From: Camelus ferus
Taxonomy: Eukaryota
Length of the DNA: 64,000 bases
Direction of reading: 5' to 3'
Assembly: GCF_009834535.1 (NCBI RefSeq)
Contig: NC_045707.1
Location: forward strand, 57,662,001-57,726,000
The position numbers were made by a program, and so were the translations under genes. Position 1 is the stretch's first letter; each line of letters starts with the position of its first letter. The notes below the pieces were generated by a model. That model was given only the letters and a program-made list of their open reading frames with translations, searched no databases and was not told the origin of the DNA. Below are positions 55,043 to 64,000 of this stretch, piece after piece.

Positions 55043-57099
55043 CTGACATTGACAAACAGAGGTTTAAAACAGAGTTATTCTCCTAAACCTTCAAAGAAAA
55101 CATGAAAATCAATAGTCTAAGAGCCAGGTTTCAAAACAACCACATTGTTAGAAAGCATCAAAAGCATCAAATCCTTTAAATTATCTCTAGCCCTATGTAG
55201 GTGCTAGGTATGTATATTCTTAACAGTATCTAGTTTTCAAGTTTATTATCAGTACATCAGCTTAGGTATCTGTAACTGGGGTATTCCTTACCTACTAAAA
55301 TCTGTTGGTTGACCAGATTGTTTTTTAAAGCTTATTCTCTAATTGAAAAATTGAATCATTTTAAAGACAAGTACAAACTTTTTACCCAATTACCTGGATA
55401 TTTATCGAAGAGAAGATAATTAGAAAAAAAATACTAAAAGCTGCCAAAATGTTTAAAGGAGGGGCATTTCTGATGAATATTTAGTTCAGTGTTCCTTTAA
55501 AAGAAAAGTTTCCATATAGGAAATGAAAAAAGATAGTTTTTAAACAGTAAGTAGTCATTGTCCTAGCCACTTCAATTATAGTTTTCTACCTTTGTTTCCA
55601 CTGTTTCCAAAGTTTTGTTTATGCTGCCTGTACCTACTTGAAGGGAGTTTTCTACATAAAGTTCTTTGGATTGGTTGCCAATGAGTCAGGTTTGCACTCT
55701 GCTTATCTTTAGTGCAAATTCCAGAAAAACAATATAAGGGGAGGGAAAGAGATTATGAAGCCAAGCATGTGAAAAACATGCTGATAACAGATCCAATCTA
55801 ACACTATTTCCAAAAGACAGGAGTCTAGAATTAATCATTGAACTCCATTTATAATTATAAACACCTCCCCCAGAGATGATTTGAAAATGAATATATAAAA
55901 AACAAAATGTACATTTCCTAATGAAACTGATAGGACACATTGCATAAAACAGATAACAGGTCAATTTCTTAGTATATTTTTGGCAGAGGAGGGATATACT
56001 TTTAGAATTTTTTTAAATCTCCTTTGAAAAGGTCCTTGAATGGTTGTAACTGTCTCCCTAGTGCCCAAAGCTAATATTGATCAATTGATTTCCACCATAA
56101 CATCCTCAAAGACATTCTCTAGGCATCATCTCCAAGCTGTCCATGTCGTGAGCACTACAGTTTTACAACTCTTTAGAAACACTGCAAACCTAAGGTGAAA
56201 GATCAGAGAAATGCCCAGTCTGTGACAGGCAGACCTACTTTGTTGTGCACAGCTGCTGGGATCTTTTTTCTCATGACTCCGTGCACAGACCTATGGCCTC
56301 TGTATTCCCAAGCTTGAGAGAAAAGAGCTTGATTTCCTCACCAGCCCATGTTAAAATGGACAAAAGTCTAACATGACAAAAGTCCAACCACTACTCACAC
56401 TTACTGATTTAAGTGAGGGCAAATACTGTTTCATCAAGTGTCCTAGACATTCATGAAGTCTTAGGCAAGAAACTGGAAAACAGCTGGAATGAGACTTAGG
56501 AAGAAAAATGAAGACAGAAGTGTCTCACGGAGATGGCAGTGAGACAGGATGCAATTTCCTGGACTGTGGTTTAAGATTACATGCTGAAGAACTCTTGGCC
56601 AAGGATGAAATGCATCTCACCAAGAGGAGGAAGAATATATTTGTCTGAAAATTTGCCAATCTGATAAAAAGGGAAGGCCTGGGAACTTCAGGACAATTTG
56701 GTAAAGACCTTTCTAAGCAACGTGGATAAAAGCCCTGGAAAACGACAGAATTTAAAGTGATTGAGAAAAACCAGCCTGGGTTGTAGGATCACTTAAGAAA
56801 GGAGAGCAATCTGATGATCATGTAGGCCACAATAAAGATTTTAGATTTTTTCCCCATAAATTCAATGGAAAACATTGAAAAATTTTAAGCAGAAAAACAA
56901 CCTTTGTTTTTTTTGTTTTTAAGATTACTCTGGAATGCTATATAGGAATCGGAGACTGGCAAAAATGGCAGTGCAAGGCCAGTTAGTAGGATACTGTGAG
57001 CAGAGAAGAGGGAGGTTTGCCCTCAGTTTTTCTGAGGTAAGAGAGATGAAGTAATGCTTAAGTCATTCGGAAAATTCAATTATATGTTTGTATATAGTG

Positions 57100-57515
57100 C
57101 ATTATATACAATAGCCAAATCATGGTAGCAACCAAAATGTCCATTGACAGATGACTGGATAAAGAAGATGTGGTATAAGAAAGTAAAACAGTGATTTTAG
57201 GGGATGGGAGAGGGGAAATGAGGAACTGTTTCATGGCTATCATGTTTGTTTCACAAGATGAAAAAGTTTTGAAGACAGGTTGCACAATAGTGTTAAAATA
57301 CTTAACAGTACTGAACAATACACTTAAAATTGTTAAGATGGTGAATTTTATGTTATGTGTATTTTATGTGATAGTATTTTGTACTATCAGAGAAAATAAT
57401 TAAATAGCTACCATTTATTAACTACCACCTTAAAAAAATTAAAAGATGTGGTATATGTACAATGGAATACTACTGGGTCATAAAAAAGATTGAAATAATG
57501 CCATTTACAACAACA
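57100..57515 (+). mobile_element. Composite L1 3' fragments
   Basis: aaatgtccattgacagatgactggataaagaagatgtggtata and cttaaaattgttaagatggtgaattttatgttatgtg. Confidence 0.7.
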
Positions 57516-57693
57516 TCATTTCACATATAATCAATATAGAACTGTTAATGAGCCAGTCACTTTTTTTCATACTAAGTCTTTGGAATCCCTTGTGTCTGCC
57601 ACACTTAGAGCACATCTGAATGTGGACTAGTCCCATGCCAAGGTTCAAGAGTCACTAACGTAGTTGCTAATCATAACATACTGAACAGTGCAG
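57516..57693. mobile_element. MER33-like hAT-Charlie fragment
   Basis: tttttcatactaagtct...acacttagagcacatctgaatgtggactag...actgaacagtgcag. Confidence 0.65.
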
Positions 57694-58249
57694 CTTTAAA
57701 GCTAATCTCTCAACTTTTCCCCTTGGTATCTCAGAAAATTTATTTCAGCTGCATCTTGAGAAACTGAGGAAAAAACAGAAGTCTGATCCCATGATCAGTG
57801 TCTATACAGAAAACAAGCTCAGAAGAGTTAAGAAGGCCTCACATACAGAGTTCTCATGAAATCTATGCTCAATTCACCTTTGAGACAGAGAGTAAGAGGA
57901 GATTCAAAATGGACGAGAAAGCTTCTGACAGAGCTCTTCAGGAGATTCTGATCCTTAAAGGCGTGTACACAAAATGAGACCAAAATGTTACATCTCATAA
58001 TATCCACAGAAGAGTCACAGCACTAAGGAAAGAAACACCCACAGGGACAGATATTTTAAAACAAAATATGAAGACTTCAAAATTTTCATTACCATTATTA
58101 TTTTTATTTATACTGCCTAGGTACTAATACTGTGTATGATAAGCTTTCAATATCACATTTAAATCTTTCCATGATTAATCACAAGTTGGGCATAATATAT
58201 GCTCTGACCGATGAGATACAAGACAGGCAGAACAGTAAGTAACTCCTAA

Positions 58250-58480
58250 TCGAGTTTCCAGCACGCTACACTCTGTGCTACACATTTTCACTCATTTTAT
58301 GTATAACACCTGTAACAAATCATAAGGAATACTATTATTATGATTTAAAAATTGGACAACTGAGAAACGAAGAATTTCGTTAACTTTGCCAAGGTCTCAA
58401 AGCTAATACGTGAGTGGGGAAGCTAGGATTTAGACCCAGGAGCAGTAGCTTCAGAGCTCAAGTTTCAATCACCCTGATAA
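58250..58480 (-). mobile_element. MIR
   Basis: taactttgccaaggtctcaaagctaat...gctaggatttagacccagg. Confidence 0.7.
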
Positions 58481-58829
58481 CTGCACCCCCTGACCTTCAC
58501 AAAGTGGCTTATAAATAGTAGCAGATCAAAAGTCCTACATGAATTAGCATTTAAAAGAGAATTAAGGCATTAAATAGAATGATCTGTAATTTTTCCTTCA
58601 AGTCTAGGATTGTTAGTTGAAGTGACCTCCCATTTAATCTTAAGGGACTCCTAAATATGTCCTATGTCAAGGCAACATGTATTTATTGAGTGCCTATAGC
58701 GTCCTCATAGTTTGGAAATGGGCTAGGTATAAATTATAAATAAAATAAACATCCTCTAATAAGTCAGCATCATATTGGGTATCACAAAAGTCAAAAAAAT
58801 CAAATTTTTAGTACAGGCACTGGTCACAG

Positions 58830-59065
58830 GCCCTATAACTGGATAACTGGATTCAAACCCTAGCTTTGCTACATCAATTAAAAATGTAGGCGAAAACCTT
58901 TAGCCTCTCTGTACCACTCGGGCCTCATCAAGATGAGGACAATAATACTCCTACCTCTCACACTGTTGTAGAAATAAGTTAAGTTAATATACGTGAAGTG
59001 CTGAGAGGAGTGGTGTGAGCCTAGCAGGAGCTCAGTAAACATAAGCTGTGATTACCAGCTATTGT
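58830..59065 (+). mobile_element. MIR
   Basis: actggattcaaaccctagctttgctac...gttaatatacgtgaagtgct...gctcagtaaa. Confidence 0.7.
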
Positions 59066-59637
59066 TATTTCTGCCGTCTTTCTCTAGTAAAATCATGACA
59101 TCCCCTCTTTTTCCCTTCTTAGCTTTAGCTCCCTCCTCATATCTACTCAGTGCTCTGCCCAGAATTGTTCTACTGCCACTGCTCTCTCCTCAGCAAAAAG
59201 TAGGGCAGTAATACCTTTCTGCTCCAGAGATGTCCACCAGGAAACCTAGGTTATCATTCTTTCCCATTTGCTCCCATCAGCTCACCTCCCAAATCACTGC
59301 TCTCCTCTCCCAGGGACTTCCATGACCCACCTATAATCTCTCAAAATCATCGCCTAAACCACACGATCCAACTAGAACATCAAGTTCCTACAATTTCATA
59401 AAGTGCTCTCTTCTGTCATTAAAATAACCACTGATACTCATTATCTTCCATGAAACTTTCCTGATATTGGCATGACCTTGCTCATTTTTCCCTCCGACCA
59501 AATTCTAAGTGAGCAAATCCTGTCCCTCATACTAATCACGCTCTCTCCTTGACGGGTGCATAGTATGACGGGTGTCATATTTTCCCTCAACCTTTGCTCA
59601 GTGGGCTCTTTGATCTTTCCATCCAGCTACGCAAGAT

Positions 59638-59855
59638 CAGTGCTTACCACAGACGCATTCTGATCTTGCCAACTTCTGGACTTCTGGGGATTTTTAGAGA
59701 AAAATTTGATTGTCACAATTAAGAGGATCCTACTGGTATCTAGTGGGCAGAGGTCAGGGATGCTGCTAAACACCCTAAAATGTACAGAACAGATTCCCAC
59801 AAGAGAGAACCACCCAGCCCAAAATGTCAACAGCACTAAGGTTAAGAAACCTTGC
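59638..59855 (-). mobile_element. MER20 (hAT-Charlie)
   Basis: ggtatctagtgggcagaggtcagggatgctgctaaacacccta...aaaatgtcaacagcactaaggttaagaaacc. Confidence 0.85.
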
Positions 59856-60047
59856 CACAGACCAAATCCTCTCCTACGGGTCCAGTTTTAATGCACTTAA
59901 TTGTATAGTTTACTTATTGTACAACCCTGGGGGGGAAAAGACATTTAATACACCGTTTAACAGATACGTTTTTTAAGAAATGGCAGATGTATTATATACA
60001 TATATATAATACAAAAATAAACAAAGTGTAATAGAGTATTTAAGATC

Positions 60048-60126
60048 CATGGCATGATAAATTTGTGTTGTTTTAAGCCACAAAACTTGTGGCAGTTTGT
60101 TACAGCACCAATTAGAAACTAATGCA
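60048..60126 (+). mobile_element. MLT1 LTR 3' fragment
   Basis: aaatttgtgttgttttaagcca...tttgttacagcaccaattagaaactaatgca. Confidence 0.65.
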
Positions 60127-61070
60127 GTGTGCGACACCCACACAACAAATGTTCGTAGCCTGAGTTATTTTATGTCTGCCTTGGGTTGTCTAATTCAGAG
60201 CCTGAAAGATCATTTAAGGGTAATCTCATTAGCTATTACTGTCTTCTTCTTCTTCTGTTCTGAAAAATTTTGAAGATTCATAGGTCTCACAGCTTCACTT
60301 GGATGTAAAAATGATGCTTTCAATTATTCAGAATAGGATTTCATTCTTTTCTCATATAAAAACAACAAAATCTTGCCATGTTGAATTGCTTACTGTTCCA
60401 CAAATACACCATATTCATTGACGTCTCCATAATTTTGCACAGACTGTTCCCTCTCTCTGTGAGTCCTCCTTTCAACACACCCCATGTGCTCTCTAGTCTG
60501 ATGAGGAAGCACCCTAACCTTTTGCAGACATTCCCAGCCTCAGAGAGCCTTCTCCATTCATTCTACGGAGGTCATCACTCCCTGTCTGTGCAATCACAGT
60601 AAGATTGAACATACTTCCGTTGCTTCACCTATTAATCTGACTTAGGCTGTATCTATTTCCATGCTTGCATCCTTTACTACTCTCCTCACATCCTAAATTA
60701 TGCTTTTTCATGTGCATAGCACAGCTGGTCATCAAAACAAAGAGCAAGTTTTGAGGAGAATGGGTGATCCCCAAATTGACCATTTAATTCCACCAGCTGG
60801 ACCACTAATTTGATATGAAACTATGTATAGTATTAACTACATTTATTGAGCACTGACTATGTGCGAGATAATTTGTTATCCAATTTATAACATACAGTTT
60901 CTCAAAAATCCTCAGAATAACTCCAGTGAAAGGAGTTATTTTTACCCTCTGAAATATTCTATAGACTGTATGTTTTCAAATTTCAAAAAAAAGGTATTGA
61001 AATTTTATCTCAAGCAGTACAACATGCAAATCAAATGTGAATTTTTTAATATCAAAAAGAATTTGCATAC

Positions 61071-61331
61071 CTGCAGTGACTCTGATAAACGTGCCAGATC
61101 CTTCAATATCACCTCTCACTCTGTGTACTGTGATGTTATACACTCCGCCAGGAGTGAGCTCTGTCACTGCGTGCTCAGTCATCAGCCCCCAAATAAGATA
61201 CTCTTTTGCAAATGTTCTGTTTGATATACAAATCTTGTAATGAGTGAAGTTGGTCTCTGTTGGATTCCACATTAAATTTGCTGAAGAAGTATTCACAGCT
61301 TTCAAGGTTAAGCCACATATCCTAGATGGCG
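61071..61331 (-). CDS. PTPRQ: Upstream exon U2, one complete FN3 domain
   Basis: tttcaatag| acceptor, |gtatgc donor, 261 nt, phase 1-1: PSRICGLTLKAVNTSSANLMWNP...YKI...LTPGGVYNITVHRV...IRVTA. Confidence 0.82.
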
Positions 61332-62344
61332 CTATTGAAAAGGTAAATATATGTAAATAAAAACTGCATACATGTACGTAAAAATAAAGCAGACGTGATA
61401 ATACAAACATCTATGTAACAATCCTTGAATGTATTCATACATAATGTCTTACATGGTCAGCTCTGCAGAGAGAGAAACAGGTTCTTATTTATATGAGTTT
61501 TACTTGAAATGGCACATTACCATCCTCCTTAGTTCCCAAATATCTTTCCTTAATCAATCATAAGCCACTTCCAATAGTCATTCCTTTAGAATTGTGCCTC
61601 CTGAGTGCTCGTAACCAAAGGTACCCTTATAGGATACAATTACAGGTTAGCCACCACCTAGCAGAGTTGCACGTTGGATGAAGATGAAACAGAGAGGGTG
61701 TGAGGGCCAGAAGTAAGGGCACTTTCAAGTGTGGTTCTTCTGGTTACATCAAAGTTTTCTGCATTCCTGTATCACTGGATTTTTAATCCACTCATCAGTG
61801 AAAGTAACGTAGTTTCTTATACTGTCATGTGGTCTCCACTGAGACAGGATCCTGTAAACCTTATAAACTTTCACAAGAACTGCTGGTAGCAAGTACTATT
61901 ACTCCACCCCATTCAAAAACATGAAACTGATTTACAATGAATTTACAAACATCAGGGAAGGAAAAATAGAAATTCTCTACTTTTCTGCTTATCAAACCCT
62001 TATGCAATAGAAACTGAATTGTCTTTATATCATTATGGCATATTATATAACATGTATGGTGTATATATACATATATTCCATATATTTGACATATATGATA
62101 TATATACATACATATGTTCGCTTCAGATTATTTTAAAAAATCTCTATGTAGTGCCAATACATTTAGACAAAGACTTTTTTAAGTTCACATATTTCTTGGG
62201 ACTTCTCATAAACATAATCTGCTGATCATCATTCCTTAATTATCAGATTTTAAGTTTTAAAACAGCTTTAATTATGCTGGGCCAAAATACTGTCAATTCT
62301 TAGAAAACTATAAAGCGAAGGTTCTATTTATGGTATTTTCTTAC

Positions 62345-62510
62345 TTGTAGCCACTTCTTCCATCACAGATACGCTGTAATCTTTGCCTCTAACTGTCTTC
62401 ACCTGGAACAGGTAGTCCATCCCTGGAGTCAAATTCTGTACTTTGGCTTTGTTGCCATAAACAATCATTTTAAAAAGCTTTTCCTTTCTAGATGTCATGC
62501 AGTAGGATAT
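62345..62510 (-). CDS. PTPRQ: Upstream exon U1, C-terminal half of an FN3 domain
   Basis: ctttctctag| acceptor, |gtaag donor, 166 nt, phase 0-1, open: ISYCMTSRKEKLFKMIVYGNKAKVQNLTPGMDYLFQVKTVRGKDYSVSVMEEVAT (LxPGxxYxFxV motif). Assignment to PTPRQ is inferred from position and phase. Confidence 0.78.
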
Positions 62511-64000
62511 CTAGAGAAAGAAGAGACAAATTTATGTTTTTCATGATTTTAAAAGGATTTATTTGTCACGAACTCCATCCTAGTCACATTCACATCAATT
62601 AATACTGCAAGGTAAGGGCTGTAATCCTTTCTATCTTCACCAAGGAGTAATCTGAAGCTAGTTGAAGGCTGAATGACTTGGTGAAGTTCACATAGTCGTA
62701 AGTACAGTGGACTGATTTAGAAGTTTACTCATTAAAAGACCAACAGCTTCCAAGTATTTTTAAATTTCATATATATATGATTTGTGTATATGCATATAAT
62801 ACTTATGAGTGGGATTTCACCTGTTGGCCACCTCAAAACAAAAACCGTTTTGTAAATGACACACATGCTCACTCTCCCAACTGCATGTAAGCAGAAGACT
62901 AGAGGAGGTAAGAGAAGGTATCACTGAAGTCGCAGGTCCCTGACCTCCGGGAGAACGCCATAGCTTTTTCCTGGCTTCCTAAGGGATGGGAAAGAGGGTG
63001 CTTCTGCCCACACTCCACATTCCAGCTAAATGAGGAGGATGCCTGCTGGAGTGAATGACACATTGCAGACGGAAGGTAATAGGCAACCAACTTCCCGTTC
63101 ATGAGCCTGCTTGGTCAGAGAAGGAGCTGTGGAGCAATCTGGACATCCACCTTTGCTTGCCCTGACAGATGCCAGCGTCGTCCACGGGTCAAGTATGACC
63201 ACAGAGAGTCATCAGGCTTGAACCATTTCACTAGTACCCCACCCGAGAAGGCTGGCTGCTCCGCAAACAGATACTAGCAGCAAAAATATAATGGGATATA
63301 ACACCAGAAGGAAGAGATGAGAGGAGCTGGAAAAGACTGAGCTAGAGCTAAGTCTGTCACGTCAGGGAAGTGGGTAGTGGGGATCACCCCAGGCCCTTCC
63401 AGAGAACTCACACGGGTGCCTCAGGAGAGAGCCGGGAGTTGGAAGACTGTTAAAGAGATGTCACTGGAAGTCAGTCAGTATTAGTCAGGGGAGTAGGAAA
63501 AACCAGCAAGAGAGAAAACAACAAAAATCAAGACCTAGAATAGAGAAGGCACTCCCAATTTTTTGTTGAATGAATGAACGATAAATGTCATGTCACATTC
63601 CATGCCAGCTCATCTCTTGTTATAACCATCTTTTATCATAACCAATTATTCATTAAAGCTTTGAGAACTGGCACTGACTTTAGAAATTTTCAGTGGATTG
63701 ATTTGACAGTTCCAATACCTTGGGGATTTTTTAACTCATCCAAACCTACTTATAACAGTCTTTACTCTTCTTTACTCCAGGTTTCATGTTATAAAAGAAA
63801 CAGAAAGATACATCTAAATGGAAGTAGTCATTAATTTTATAAGTAATTTCAATGTTATGATGCTTTTAAAAAACAACTGTTATGCGGTAGGAGTCAGAGA
63901 AACAAATTTCCTGGGCAGATGTGTTTATCACTGTCTTGTGGGAAGAGTGTTTTGTTACTGAAGGAAGATAATCATGAGGTCTAGAAGCATATCATTGCTT

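Larger units (their letters stand above)
6893..62510 (-). other. PTPRQ: PTPRQ gene, partial (ectodomain exons; continues past the left edge, upstream exon chain probably continues past the right edge)
   Basis: 20 GT-AG-bounded or ATG-initiated coding exons encoding FN3 repeats whose peptides match PTPRQ as I recall it; all junction phases are consistent. Confidence 0.97.

Noticed and set aside
61640..61855. Possible decayed exon between U1 and U2
   Set aside because: Stops in the frames read, no convincing donor, and U1 joins U2 in phase without it
62899..63280. GC-richer stretch with a 67-aa ORF and a VLVKWFKP peptide, as the possible missing N-half FN3 exon
   Set aside because: The best acceptor gives phase 0 rather than the expected phase 1, the donor is weak (aag|gtggat) and other FN3 hallmarks are missing
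488..63834. Remaining 60-126 aa ORFs in the track
   Set aside because: They are antisense to exons, repeat-derived or low-complexity, with no recognisable domains or splice structure

Overview
AT-rich mammalian genomic DNA, probably camelid (inferred from one tRNA-derived SINE). It carries the 5' part of PTPRQ, a receptor-type phosphatase with FN3 repeats, on the minus strand. I traced 17 coding exons from the signal-peptide exon (MDFLIIFLLVFIGTSETQ, 54395-54448) to the exon ending YYTVYVW (6893). All have GT-AG boundaries with matching phases, giving 2681 nt of uninterrupted frame, and the gene continues beyond the left edge. The most notable observation is three further open, phase-compatible FN3 exons upstream of the signal-peptide exon (62345-62510, 61071-61331, 54882-55042). 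They predict an N-terminally extended isoform that skips the signal-peptide exon and starts beyond the right edge. The signal-peptide exon sits in an intron that splits an FN3 domain and is preceded by POU4F-like and RFX X-box motifs. The rest is intronic: L1, L2, CR1/L3, MIR, MaLR LTR, DNA-transposon relics and microsatellites. Repeat families and orthologue comparisons are from memory, not searches, and old-repeat boundaries are approximate.
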